A program made the translations under genes and the position numbers. Below, in pieces: positions 26,261-43,018 of a DNA stretch of 64,000 nucleotides. The notes under the pieces are model-generated. The model had not been told where the DNA came from, made no database searches, and saw only the letters and a list, made by a program, of their open reading frames with translations. This stretch comes from Eledone cirrhosa (Eukaryota): contig OZ024743.1 of assembly GCA_964016885.1 (NCBI GenBank), forward strand, positions 120,652,001 through 120,716,000, read 5' to 3'. Each line of letters opens with the position of its first letter. Positions within the stretch are counted from its first letter, which is position 1.

Positions 26261-26790
26261 ATCCATCGTAGAGCTTCACCCATCTGAACACTAATATTTT
26301 TTATATTAGTCTGCTTGTAGCCACTAAATTATTTATCCAACTACCTCTCCTTCATAGAGAACGCGGTTATAGAATAACGTTTTTAATAAGCAGCCAATCA
26401 CTATTTAGATAATAAACGCAACCACACGTATATGGCCCGAACGTGGAAGAGCCGAACTCGCACTGTCGTCGCCTCCATCTCCCTCGCCCTCCCCATCTCT
26501 CTGTATGGTGAGTAAATGGGGTCCCAAGTGCTGGCTTCCCCACAGAGAAAGCGATTGCCCGAAGGATGGCAAGGAGAGATGCGCTGGAAGAGCCATTCCA
26601 TCTCGCGAGGCCGGGACTAATCATCTGATTCTTTCCTAGGGGTACCACCTATACTTGAAATAATTCTCAACTCTAATATTAACTTATGTTTCTGCATAGG
26701 TAAAACTGACATATTCTTAAAACATCATTTATAGTTACTCTTAACAGTCTTTAGCACTAAGATACTATAACTAGATGATTAAAAACACCT

Positions 26791-26841
<51 letters not shown>

Positions 26842-27023
26842 CACATACATATAAACATAGGCATTCACACATTCACTCACACACATATGTTATGTTTAGG
26901 TGTATATACAAACCAATGGAAAAACAACCAATTCATGTGGAAGTCAAATATATTTATTGACAGTTTCACTTCTCCCCCATTACTTTTCGTTCCCCAGACA
27001 AGTAAATACGTTTAATTTATCCA

Positions 27024-27098
<75 letters not shown>

Positions 27099-27136
27099 CT
27101 AAAACGAATTCATCGGATATGATCGAAAAATCTTCG

Positions 27137-27178
<42 letters not shown>

Positions 27179-27474
27179 GTTTTAGTTAGGAAAAATAGTG
27201 GCATCTGTGTTGAATAGACTCAATCTGCTCTTCATCAGTTTTTCGCTTCACTTGTGGAGTTAAAAAGTCTCTCAGCCACGAGCAGTAACTTGGGTCGTAT
27301 TTACTATCTTACCACCTGTATATCTTGATGTATTTGTATTTTAGATTAGATATGGCTAAATATACCTAGAGTTTATTATTGTTTTCATTAGGTATAATAC
27401 TAACAGACCTGATATAGAATAAACGTGCTTATATATTTACATAAATAATATGAAGGTGTACCTGAACTCATATA

Positions 27475-28435
27475 CAGGATGACTAAAAAAACACTAGCTG
27501 CGCACGTTTTATGTCACTCTATATTAATTTTAAGAACATGGCATATATAAAGCCTGAGAAGGGAACAAACTCATAATTGAAGTTACAATTTCCAATTTTC
27601 TGTCTGAAACACTACTACAAGTGTGGCTAGTAAAGCTCGTCTAGGGAAATTTCATGTAATTTTTTAAATGGTCAAATCTTGCTTCAAAGCCAATATACAA
27701 AATTATAAGACAGTAGAGAATCTCAATGCAATACCCGAGGATCTTCCTACTGACTCTGGATGACCCAAGAAGCATACGAAGGAAGTCATTGACATGGTCT
27801 GTTGAACAGAACTCAAAGGAACCAATCCACAAAACCTTGCAGAAGGGTTGTTAAAGAGGATCTTATGAAGTGCCCCTACAGAATACAGATTTAAAAAAAA
27901 GCTTACTGTAGCTGATAAGACTAATAGAAAGGCTATGGCTGGAGAACAAACAACATTTTCTGAATCTGCAGTGGACCTCTGACGAAGCTCATTTTCATTT
28001 AGAGGGGAAGGCCAATTCTAAGAACAATGAGTCATGGGTGTCAGAAAAACACACTGAAGTGGCTGTGAAACCTCTCCCACCCGGCTAAACTTTGGTCTAT
28101 TCTTATTTGAAGAAAATTATGTTACTGCTACACACGCAAAACTAATGAATAGGTTCTGGTTCCAGCGATACTGATCTAGCCCTCACACCTCCAATGAGTC
28201 GCGGGATTGGCTGAAAAAAAATTTGGAAATCGTGTGATCAGTTTGAAGACTGATTTTGCGTGGGTTTCATACAGATCCGATTTAAGAACCTCAGATATTT
28301 TTCTTTGGGGCTATTTGAAGGATAGGGTATATATCAACAACGCCAGGAAGATCATTGAACTAAAGGAAAACACCAGAAAAATGATCAGACCCATCCCTTG
28401 GCCTGTTTGTAAAGACGTTATGCTAAACTTCCCCA
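27475..28435 (+). mobile_element. Tc1/mariner (rosa/DD41D-like) transposase relic
   Basis: TA|CAGGATG left end; WTSDEAHFHLEGKANSKN..W; FGNRVISLKTDFAW..SDLRTSDIFLWGYLKDRVY. Confidence 0.85.
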
Positions 28436-28449
28436 AGTACATCAAAGAA

Positions 28450-28745
28450 TACCGCCCTCTGGCATCCCACTGCCTTGATCTCCATGCTGTCACTCTAATA
28501 GTCCAACTGTTGTCTCTGAGACGCGGTAAGCCTATATATCTTTGCCCTTCGTGATGGTCTCGATTATGTCCTTTACGCCAGTCTGCTGTCGAATTCAGGT
28601 GTTGCTCATCCTGTCATGTAAGGTGATGGCCATCATCATTCGGTCCATTTTATATTCAGCCACTGCAAGAGACTCTCACTTACTTCCATATATCATCTGC
28701 GGCAGAACATATTCGTTAAATAGTTTTTTGGGTTTCGATTGTTGA
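28450..28745 (-). mobile_element. RTE LINE C-terminal relic
   Basis: KKLFNEYVLPQMIYGS..MDRMMMAITLHDRMSN.IRQQTGVKDIIETI..DNSWTIRVTAW. Confidence 0.8.
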
Positions 28746-28756
28746 CTTGGGACTTT

Positions 28757-28916
<160 letters not shown>

Positions 28917-28917
28917 G

Positions 28918-29573
<656 letters not shown>

Positions 29574-29785
29574 TGGCCAAGGCGTGTGGCTGAGTGGTTA
29601 GGGAATTGGATTCGCAATCGTAAGGTTGTGAGTTCGATTCCTGGACCAGGTGATGCGTTATGTCCTTGAGCAAGACACTTTATTTCACGTTGCTCCTTCT
29701 ACCTGGAGTTGCGACCGATAGATAGTATTAGCAATTGGAAAGACCAACGGAAACATTGTTCCCTCGGACGAAAGTCGATCGTTCC
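29574..29785 (+). mobile_element. tRNA-derived SINE family C
   Basis: A box TGGCTGAGTGG, B box GAGTTCGATTCC, then TGTCCTTGAGCAAGACACTTTA core; related tail piece at 31651-31795. Confidence 0.85.
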
Positions 29786-29799
29786 TATATATATATATA

Positions 29800-31565
29800 T
29801 AAAGTAATAATAATAAATTTTAAGACTAAAATCCAAAGAGGGCTCGATAAGGATAAATATATATCAAATATATAAGAACCGTAGAGCAAATATTTATTAA
29901 AATAACAGATTAAAGTTTAAGCAAAGAATCGCTGCTTTCACCCTTAACGGCATCTTCTAAAACTAACAAAGTCAATCTGTAAACGCAGAAGTGGATATTT
30001 AAAAAAACGTTGCAACCGGAGGAAGACAGGAAGACGATATTTTGGTTCGTGGAAACGTTCCCTGGCAAAGAACGGGAAAAAACGAATATAATACGTCATT
30101 AATAGGAGCGGTGAAAAACAATTACGCGCAAAGACAGAACCGCTTTTATGGTATAAAAGAGGTCGTAGACTAATGTTCTCTTAGGTGGTTCATAGAGACG
30201 TTCTCTGGCAATGAACGAAAAAAACGAAGATAATACGTCATATGTCGAGCGTGGAGAACAATTGCACGCAAAGACAAAACCATGTAAATGGTATAGCAGA
30301 AGTCGTAGACTAAAATTCTAACTAGGAGACCGAATGAATCTCCGCTTCAGAGTTAAGAACAAAGTAAATAAATACAATACAGATACGATACAGAACAAAA
30401 TAAATAAATACAATAATAGAAATTAAATAAATACATACACGCATACAAATACGTACATACACAAGCATACGCGAAAACACTTACCATAGGTATACAAAAC
30501 CACGCACATATAAATATGTGTGTGTGTGTGTATGCGTGTATACAAATAAATAAATAATTAAATAAACGTATATAAATAAATAAATACGTATATAACAAGC
30601 GCACACACATGCCTACAAGTAAATACACAAATGTTCGGAGACGTAAGTCAACCAAAACATGAAGTACACATATACACACACCCTACATACGTACGAACCT
30701 GCATACTCACACAGACGCAAAACACCCGTATACACATAACCAAACCATATGTACCAGAAAATATAAAATTATACGCCATAATATATACAATCAAATATAC
30801 GTACGAGAAGGTATACGTACCTTCACAAAACATACAGGTAATATATACTTACCTATGCAAATAAGTAATGGTATAAACAAAACATATACTTAGCTACCAC
30901 ATCAAGACGTAAAATATCCACGTATAGATCGTACTATCCGTTAGGGTATAACGTGGGGCTGTAATACAGGAAAGTTTTGTGCAATTTATGTTTACAAGCC
31001 GAAATTGCCTCAGATGTTTTTGTTTAAGATGTGGTCTGTGGCGTAGAGTATTTCCAGAGCCTCAGCGGCGCAGAGGTCACATGGTCTTTTATTTCCATTA
31101 TACGATCTAGCCCTAGCTAGGATCTCCCAGTGTAACCTATATTGGGTGTGGTTGTATTTTAGACTCCAAATATAAGCTGAAAGTGACGTCATATTCCTTC
31201 TTAAAGGGTTAAGAAAAGAATGGGTATGCATGTAAAGACGCTGCTTGAATCTATTGGCGGTTAACCCTATGTAGGCCCGACGGGACGTGGGTGTTTCAAC
31301 CTTACATTTGTAGACAATGTTACTAGAGAGGCATTTCCCGGATAGGGGGCAATCAACCGATTCCTACAATTACAGTTAGTACTAACTACAGGGTTGCACG
31401 TGTTCCAACGGCTAGGTAGTTTAGCTAAATTTGAAGCTGTGATGTTATGTGCAAGGTAAGGAGTCGTAGAGTAAGAAATTTTAATAGTATTTCTATTAAA
31501 AATTTTACTATATTTCTGTGTAGGGGGAAAATGCTTCGTAATAAGGGAAAGAAAGATCTTAGCTA

Positions 31566-31567
<2 letters not shown>
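29800..31567 (-). mobile_element. 5'-truncated Penelope-like element (Hydra-clade-like GIY-YIG endonuclease plus 3' UTR/pseudo-LTR) inserted in (TA)n
   Basis: KHFPP..KIFNRNTIKISYS..CNCRN-(frameshift)-VDCPLSGKC, IVYKC..YIGLT..FKQR..H..SF, LSAYIWSLK, WEIL, CDLC..E, LNK; (TA)n at both ends. Confidence 0.9.
30043..30327. repeat. Two diverged tandem units of about 143 bp within the PLE 3' region
   Basis: TGGTTC..ACGTTC.CTGGCAA.GAACG..TAATACGTCAT..CAAAGACA..GTCGTAGACTAA repeats at 30043 and 30186. Confidence 0.85.
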
Positions 31568-31646
<79 letters not shown>

Positions 31647-34269
31647 ATATGTTCCTATCTGCCAGGAGTTGCTTGCGACCGGTAGAAAGTTTTACCTATG
31701 GAAAGATCAATGGAAACATTGTCACCTGAGTACGATTTGACGAGTTCCACCCATCTTGTTAAACGAATGAGGTCGTATCTTGTCGATTGATTCGATATAT
31801 AAATATATATATACGTATACTATTGAATAAATGCGCCAACTGTGTATTGTCCCTTTCTTTATTTTGAACTCATCCTTACAGAGAACATTGTTTATAGATT
31901 ATTCGTAGCATCTTTAGCCATCGTAGGTCAAATCCAATAGATTTGTTCCTGGAATTAGAACTCGGCAAACGGGTAGTAGAGATAAGTAGTATACTTTCGG
32001 GAATATTTCATTTATGGATATAGGGCAAGTTTTAATCATCTCCTCTTTACCTTATAGTGATATCGCTTTTTTCCATTTTGATATGTCATAATTGATGTAA
32101 TTTGTTAGTAATCGTTTGTTTATGTGGAGCGACTCCAATATCAAAAAAACCTTGGACTTCTACCAAAAGCATTTCAACAATCAATCCAGGTAATGCTGTG
32201 GTTTGTTTTTCTTGTTCTGTTGACTACTGTATGAAGTTGTTTTACAAGCTGGTGTTGCTAGTGTTGCTGCTAGTTACGACTATGCACTTTATCGGACCAC
32301 ACTGCTGTGAAATATAGATGTAATGCTATCCAGTTGTAGTCTTGAACGGGTCTCTTGGAATTTTGTTTCGCGTAATGAGTCTTGTTATGCCCTCCAGTAG
32401 TCAATGAGGCGTTGATTCTAGTGTCTTTATCAGTTAATTGAATTGTACGGCCATATACCCATGTGTAGAGATCAGATGTTACAGTCAGAAATTGAAGGAG
32501 CGGGGTGAATACCAGAGGATTTCTTATTATAGTTATTCATGCATTAGTGAGCTCCTTAATGCTATGGTGGTCCATGCTTGCATTTGTATTTTTTTTTTGT
32601 CTCCTTCACCTTTTGATCAATAATGCTTTTTAATTGTGTCGAATTGTTTTGTTCACTACTTCCTCCCAATAAGCTTCAATATCCGCTAAATTACCGATAA
32701 ATTTCCGGTCATGCTGCATTCTCCCCTATTATGTTTTTTTTATTGTCTTTTGTCAATATCTCTATAAAATGCTTTGGTACTTTATCAAAATATTTTGTTT
32801 TTCTGGACAAAAGTTTCATGTTTTTCGAAGCGTCGTATCCTGCATATTTTTGCTTAGAGGATTTGTTCGGGCATTCAAGAGTATTTCCAGAGTATCTTTT
32901 AGTTTTCATTCATATTGTATTTTTGTTATTTGTTTTCTTTATATCACGTCGGATCGCTCCAATTTGATAAGAATAAATCTTTTTGGTTTTTGCAATGTTA
33001 GGTAGTATATGTGCTTTAGTACAACATGTTTTCCTTTTTTGGACCTTGGCTGTACAGATTATTTCAAATTAACCTACACGCTGGCGGTGAAATTATATAA
33101 ACCTATTCCATAGACGGAACTATGAAATTCGCTAACTCTGCTCTGCCTTTTGGCGATAGGTACTATTGTCTCAGCCAATGATTTGGTCACACTGCTGCAA
33201 ACCTTTACTTAATTCTTCATCAACTGGATGGAAGGTTTTAACCACACCTCATGTAATTTTAACTGGATACTTATTCAAGTGAGGGTAGCTGACATGTGCT
33301 GCTGTCTCTACCTAAGCGCGATGGAAGTCCATGCTTCAGATACCACATAATATTCGTGTATATTAGTGCGAAAAACTTAGATTGTGACGTGTCGGTCATT
33401 ATGGCGGTAATATCATTAGTGTGTTCTGTTTCTCTATGCTCCTGTTTCATGAAATGCCTTTCAGCATATTAAACTTTCGAAGGAACAGCTTAAGAGCCAG
33501 AATGTAGAGAAGCTATACGTAATTGAGTATGTGATAACAAACATGATTATTTATGTGGTTATTTACTCTGGCCACTCTGAAAATATAGAATGTGGCAAAC
33601 AAATATCTGAGGTCAAGACGGAGAATCGATTTTCTCGGTCACCTAAGGCTAATTCAAATTAATGAGCACTCCATCAAAGCCAGATCTAATCACACAACTA
33701 TATGACGCACAAAAGTGCTGCACCATTTATTTAGAAGAATAATCCTGACTCCCCACCCCCAGAAAATTGTTAATCCTCCTTATCTGCTATCAGTTGTACT
33801 AATGTGTGACTAAACAAACGTGAACAAGTTTGGCGAGTGAAAATATAGCTCGTAGGGCAGAGCAACCAAATACGGGCGATTTTCCCTTCACTCGTTACAT
33901 TGTTTTTCAGATACCGTTATCAGCCTTTCCCTTCAACGTATCAAGCCCAGCCAACCAGAAAAAGAGTCCTTTATTCATCAGAACTGTACTATATATTATC
34001 TGAAGACAAATAAAATTCGTCTTGCAAATCCTTGATATGTAGATTAAAAAAATATTGTCTTGTGTGACCATTATTTTGTGAGACATTGAGATGAGAGAAA
34101 AATGACAGTAAAAAAAGATTGACCAAATCAGTTAATGGAATTATATGTCTCTGTTCGCTTGCATGCATACATGCATACACATGTATGCGTAAATGCGTGC
34201 ATTACGTGTATATACATATATATATATATATATATGATAGATTTATTTGTATGATATATACTATAGTGA

Positions 34270-34600
34270 TGGTGGCGTATTAGTAGATCCGTTAGAACGT
34301 CGAATAGATTGCTTTGCGGTATTCGTTTCGGCTTTCTATATTGTGTTTAAATCCCGCCGAGATTGATTTGCCTTTGATCCATTCGAGGTCGATAAAAAAA
34401 AGTACCAGTTTAGTACTGGGGTCGATTCTTCCTCTATTCTCACTTCTGTGCGTTCACTCTTTATCCATCTTTAGAAGAAATCTATTGTATTCAGACCTGG
34501 AGAGGAAATGGGCTCTACCAGGTTATAACAAATACTTTACAAACATCGTATGTCAATACGGCACCCCAACGGATCCCTCAGTAGTTACAGGACCTTCCAT
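34270..34600 (+). mobile_element. SINE family B (family A-like head and core, different tail)
   Basis: AATCCCGCCGAG..GCCTTTGATCCATTCGAGGTCGATAAAA then GAAGAAATCT.TTGTATTCAGACCT.GAGAG..ATGGG; tail shared with 47776-48090. Confidence 0.8.
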
Positions 34601-35027
34601 CCATATATTATTGTAACATAATATATAAATAACATTTAATATCAATGTAAATTATACATGTATAACTATACTACATGAAATGCAATATGGTATGTATTTT
34701 TGTAATTTCTATGGTCATCCAGTATTTTGTTTACAGCTAGTGTGTATGCATGGTATGCCATATCTCATCCACATTGAAAGATAGTAGGGTGTGATTTAAG
34801 GGAAATACGGCTGCTATTTTCAGTAAGTCGGCAAAGATATTCTCAATTAAAAACAAAACATAAAGTAATAATTATAGAAAGTCATAGAATTCTAATGTAA
34901 TTCTATTTTTAATAAGATCAGCCATTTTGAAATATTTCACTGTATATTATCTTTTAATGTGTGTTATTCATCTCATAAAAAGAATATATTCGCATTTCAT
35001 CATTTCTGTTTTTGTCTTTTCTTACAG

Positions 35028-35042
35028 AGTATCGAACTCGTG
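35028..35042 (+). CDS. Candidate 15-nt microexon
   Basis: CATTTCTGTTTTTGTCTTTTCTTACAG|AGTATCGAACTCGTG|GTAAGT; phase 1-1, xYRTR. Confidence 0.5.
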
Positions 35043-35127
35043 GTAAGTTGTCTCAGAATATCATCTTCATTATTCATTTCATATTCGCAGTCATGTGTGT
35101 AACAGAGTTAGATATTGTTGTGTGTGT

Positions 35128-35209
<82 letters not shown>

Positions 35210-35343
35210 TGTCAAATTTACGAAGATATCCAATAGACAGCTTGATAAGGGGAAAGTCCCTATTTTGCTATTGTTTCCTCCGTTTGTTGCTACTGCCCAT
35301 GTAAATGTTTTCGCGACGCCTTTGTGATATTGTAAAAAAATAA

Positions 35344-35404
<61 letters not shown>

Positions 35405-35442
35405 CATACATGCATACATATATATATATATATGTATGTATG

Positions 35443-35481
<39 letters not shown>

Positions 35482-35524
35482 CTATATGTATCTATCTCTC
35501 TCTCTCTATATATATATATATGTA

Positions 35525-35599
<75 letters not shown>

Positions 35600-35970
35600 T
35601 GGTAAGGTCTATTTTCTGTAACATCGATTTTCAAAATCGTAGAAACTATATCTGTAGAAACTATATCTGCTATTAGTTTTAGATGTATTCCACTTATTCA
35701 ATATGACATCAAGTAAAAGTAAAATGTGTTATTTTTTGCTTCGTGTTGTTTTTTCTAAATTTTAATAATGTAAATTATATTTATTTCTTGTTTATCATTT
35801 CGATGTTACATACCTTTCATATGTATTAGTTGTTCGAAATAAAAGACAAAGTAGCTTTCCTACACATTGATGCCATACCTACCCATTTATTCCTTTATTC
35901 ATTAATTCATCCATCGATCTGTCTATTCGTCCAAGCACACACACAGTATGAATCTATATATAGGTATATA

Positions 35971-36059
<89 letters not shown>

Positions 36060-36060
36060 T

Positions 36061-36228
36061 TATTTTTGACTAAAGGAATTTTTTACCCTGATAATGGGGT
36101 TTAGAACCCTCAGATAAATGGAAATTGATGAGTATAGACGAACATGTACGTCTATACTCATCAATTTCCATTTATCTGAGGGTTCTAAACCCCATTATCA
36201 GGGTAAAAGATTCCTTTAGTCAAAAATA
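36061..36228. mobile_element. 168-bp near-perfect fold-back element in (TA)n
   Basis: 84-bp arms with few mismatches; axis between 36144 and 36145 (ACA|TGT). Confidence 0.92.
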
Positions 36229-36248
36229 CGGTGAAAGCTATTTCTATT

Positions 36249-38584
<2,336 letters not shown>

Positions 38585-38771
38585 GTAATTTAATCATGGT
38601 AATTTTATATGTTCATGTTTTAAACCAGTAGCTAATTAATCATTTTTCTTCCTGTCCGTTTGTCTCCTTTCCCTCCCACCATTCTCGTCTACCTATTTAT
38701 CTATCTGTCAATATGACTGACATTTGACCAAACAATTTTTTTTCTCACTTCCTTTTGTTGTTGTTTCATAG

Positions 38772-38791
38772 TTGTTTATTACACTGGAGTG
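38772..38791 (+). CDS. Candidate 20-nt microexon
   Basis: TTTTTTTTCTCACTTCCTTTTGTTGTTGTTTCATAG|TTGTTTATTACACTGGAGTG|GTAAGT; phase 1-0 gives xVYYTGV. Confidence 0.45.
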
Positions 38792-39020
38792 GTAAGTGTT
38801 TGTAAAGATGAGACTTCACGCCCTCGAGGCATTGATTCAGCTTAATAGTAATAATGAAGTATATATCACTCTACTCATGTATTGTGTTTCTCGTGTTTCT
38901 GCAAAGAAACCCTACATACACACCAACCCACATACACAAACGCACACACTCACATAAATATATATATTGAGAGAGATAAAAAGATATCTATATATCTATA
39001 TCAAGATCTCTCTCTATCTT

Positions 39021-39065
<45 letters not shown>

Positions 39066-39082
39066 ATATATATGTGTGTGTG

Positions 39083-39185
39083 AATGAAGTAATTCCGACG
39101 GAAAGGTACAGGAAAAAAGAGTGCTCTATGTAGCCTACATAGAGCACTCTTTTTTCCTGTACCTTTCCGACGGAATTACTTCATT
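39083..39185. repeat. 103-bp near-perfect fold-back next to (TA)n/(TG)n
   Basis: 51-bp arms, one mismatch, axis at 39134 (TAG-C-CTA). Confidence 0.92.
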
Positions 39186-39330
39186 TATACAGCTCCAGCC
39201 GGGAATGATCGAAACATATTCTATATTACATATATGATTGGCACCTTCCAGCCCGATAAGTTGAGCACTCTACAGTTTCAGGAAATAACATAACACAAAT
39301 AAATAAATATATATACATAAGTTTATCCCG

Positions 39331-39369
<39 letters not shown>

Positions 39370-39840
39370 TTGAGTATGTAGCTATACATTTAGATATCTC
39401 GTTGTGAAATCATTAAGTGTCTTCACCTGACTCCAATACAATATTCACATTTTGGACCTATACAAAAGAGAAGATAAGACAACTATTTTGTAGATCATGT
39501 ACGTGGCTCTCAGTTACAATACGCCTGGCCTCTACAATTTGATATAATACTTACTGCTACTCTGATTAGCTAGAGTAAGACTACGTTTTAGATACAGTGC
39601 ACAATCGCTCATGAGGCGAATAAACAGTAATTACGATATTACTTTCATGCAATTGTTCTTTTTCAACGATCTGTGCAGTTCCTTTTCTTCTCCAAAATGG
39701 AAGCAGTTGAAGAGAAGCAGTGTTTAGTGGAGATGTATAAAAACCTCATCCTCAAGATTACAGATGTCTTCCTTCAACAAGAGGGGAAAGATAAGGAACA
39801 TTGTTTTGTTACAAAACATTCTTTCGCTGTATCTTCTGCG

Positions 39841-40020
39841 GGCAGTATCAGTAGAGGGTCAGACACCATGCTTCCCAGCATAGTTACGTCCCTTTACGAT
39901 CTGAGTTCAAATCCCGCCGAGGTTGACTTTGCCTTTCATCCTTACGGGGTCGATAAAATAAAGTACCAGTAATGCCCTGGGTAATTGCTGGCCTTGTGCC
40001 AAAAGTAGAAACAGTTATTA
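39841..40020 (+). mobile_element. SINE family A (short form)
   Basis: Matches the 17412 copy. Confidence 0.95.
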
Positions 40021-40699
40021 ACCTAAGTCATCATCCTATTATATAAGAATTTCACAAGAAATCGAATCACTTAAATTGTTTCCATAGGCCGAACCTACCT
40101 ACGAATTGAATGAGTTATATCCTGAAAGAGTAGGATTTTCTTTTATTATTTCGGATACAGGTGATATTATTAGAGTTATTTCCCGCTTAAACACTTGCAA
40201 GTCGAAAAGTAAAGGAACAATATCTGACTGAATATTTTAGGACAAAAAAAACAACAAAAACCTAGGCGTGCCGATTAGTGTATTGCTTGGTATAGTTCAG
40301 ACACAATATGAGAGAAGGAGATATGAGTGGATTAATGTTTGGCTCTTTAAATATTGTGGGAGACGGATTGCTTTCCGCTTAGCCCTTCCTTTTGCTCTTG
40401 GGGCAAATGTCTTTGTAGTATTGATTGAAATGTCGGAGAAATCCTATAATTTGGAGCGAATGACAATCAGTCAAGCAGCCATGCGTTGAATCCGTCCTTA
40501 ACGTTTGTGTGAGGAGCTGCAACCTCATTTTCGATGTGAGAGTAGTTTCTATTGCTGATCTCAACTGAGTTTTGTAGTGAGTTAGTAGGTGATGGCAAGT
40601 GAAATATTTCCCTAATGAGAAATACCTGTCTTTGAGATGTAATTGTTGTTATGTTAAAGAGGTACGCTTTTCATAAGTGAGCTTCAATGATAGTAAGGC

Positions 40700-40990
40700 A
40701 AGGGTTTATAGCAATCGTAGGCTCTTTTGTTGTCTGCTGTTCATGTCATGCAACAGAGTTTTTTTGTATGTAGTATAGGTATGTATATTGCTTTTAATGG
40801 GGTCAAAATTGGTATGATCCCATTGGAGGACGCCTTCGATGTCAGTACAGAGTTGTTTACGCTGCATGTGAATAATACTAGAATGTGGAACTTTAGAGAT
40901 GATTTCCAAGAATAAAATATCTACTCACCAGAAAAAATGTTACAATATATGTGAATGCTACTCGAGTATCATCTGAATGACTGACAAAAC
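40700..40990 (-). mobile_element. Highly decayed PLE RT relic
   Basis: DIEGV-PMGS..P.KAIY resembles QxxGxPMGSPxSPxLANIY; upstream SF..AFTYI resembles motif A. Confidence 0.35.
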
Positions 40991-41181
40991 AGCTCCTGTA
41001 TGCACAATGAGCTCAAAGCCAAAGAAAGCGTGATCAACACCGCCTACACTATCATGAAGCCACAAAGAAAAATCTCATTGAACGAGGTAAAAACGCACAG
41101 TTTAATCATCAACCATCAAATGGATATTTAGAGAGTGGCGGTCAAATAACCATGATACGAGTCACGGTATAAACAGAAAGA

Positions 41182-41275
<94 letters not shown>

Positions 41276-42790
41276 CATGCATGTATGAATGTATATATGT
41301 ATATATGTATGTATGTATCCATGTATGTATGTAAATAAGAAAGGAAAATAGAGCGGAACATCATTTTCTTGAACATAAATTCACTTTTAATATATACATA
41401 AATGCATTGGATTGGAGCTCCGTCGGTTTCAACGGGACTGCCTACTCATGAAATTAACATGTAAGGGGTTGAGTATTCCACGAACATGCGTTTTTAGCGC
41501 AGTTATTATAGAATTTATGCATCTTTAATTTAAATAACTTCTTTCTATATATCTATATCTTTGTTTGAATAAGCCAACTGTGATGTTACAGAATATACGT
41601 GAACATATAATGAAATTCAGTTGGCAAGCACCCACAAATTAATATTGGATTATAATTATTATGCAAAATTTCTGAACGCATCAATGACGCTAATATCTGC
41701 TCAGATATATGTTTAATCTGTAAGCTATATATATTCTTGCGGCAAATTAATATGCTTTTATTGTTACAGTATGGATTTAAAGTATTCATGTCTTATCATT
41801 ATTTTAAGATGCTGTACTTAGCAAAACATAAGCTTCAATGCACATTTATGTAACATTTTACTCTCTCGTATCATGTTAAGTGTAAGGACATATTTCATAT
41901 TCAACCATAGTGAACAATTATCAGATCAACAGGGAATATATAAGTTGACCAATGGTTGGAGCGTGTATATTTTAGGAACATGACAATATATAAACATCTC
42001 ATGATTGAGTTGATGGTCTGATCTAAGCATATTTCATGTCATTCACTTTCAGTTTAACATCTGAAATCGCATGTACATATAATTTGTTTTATAAATTTCT
42101 GCAACCAATTGCTTCAGACAAGGTTTGAATCGAGAGACCAAGGATGCGTTTTGAAAAGAAACGTTGATTTTGAGCTTCAGGGAACTGTCCTGAAGCCAAT
42201 CAGTCTAAAGTAGCCCTCTTAAACATGCTTCATTTAAATGAATAGCCATTCTATACCAAAATACCAATTGCAATCAAGAAACCAGGTTATATCACAGGTA
42301 TATAGCAAGACTGAATTTCAATATACAAATGCTCTGAAAAAAATGACATGCAATATAAGACTGAGTATTCCAAGCACTTTGATATCAGCTGTAACATACT
42401 GTAACCATAATGCTACAATCATTGCATCAACTTGATGTCAATATGATAGATTGTAATTCTATTCAGAACCAGACAATGAGAAATTATGCAGGTCTTGTGC
42501 GGATATTTGTTTTCACCGGATAGATTATTGTTCTTGAATACGGTCAGGTCATTCTATTAATCGAATTGCGAAACTGAAGTTAGCCAATACTACTCTAGGA
42601 ATGTTGCCTTGATGCAGCAGGTAAACTATTGGGATAGGCTAAATGAACTCTGACTTTATTCAATGGAGTTAAGATAAGAAATGACAAGCAGTGATAAGCA
42701 GTGATATGTATGTATTATGTATGTATGTGTGCATGTATTTGTTTTATATGTATGTATGCATGTATATGTATTTGTATATATGTATGTATG

Positions 42791-42848
<58 letters not shown>

Positions 42849-42949
42849 TACATATATATACATGTATATACACATATATATATGTATATACATGTATATA
42901 CACATGTATATACATGTATATACACATATATACAGATACAGATACATAT

Positions 42950-43010
<61 letters not shown>

Positions 43011-43018
<8 letters not shown>

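Noticed and set aside
27195-27245. CTGATGA motif on minus strand as a hammerhead
   Set aside because: No GAAA follows the putative stem II.
29574-29660. Possible tRNA gene
   Set aside because: It has A and B boxes but no clean cloverleaf and runs into a SINE core.
40929-40972. Minus-strand exon candidate DDTRVAFTYIVTFFL
   Set aside because: It lies in register with decayed PLE RT motifs, so it is probably part of the relic.
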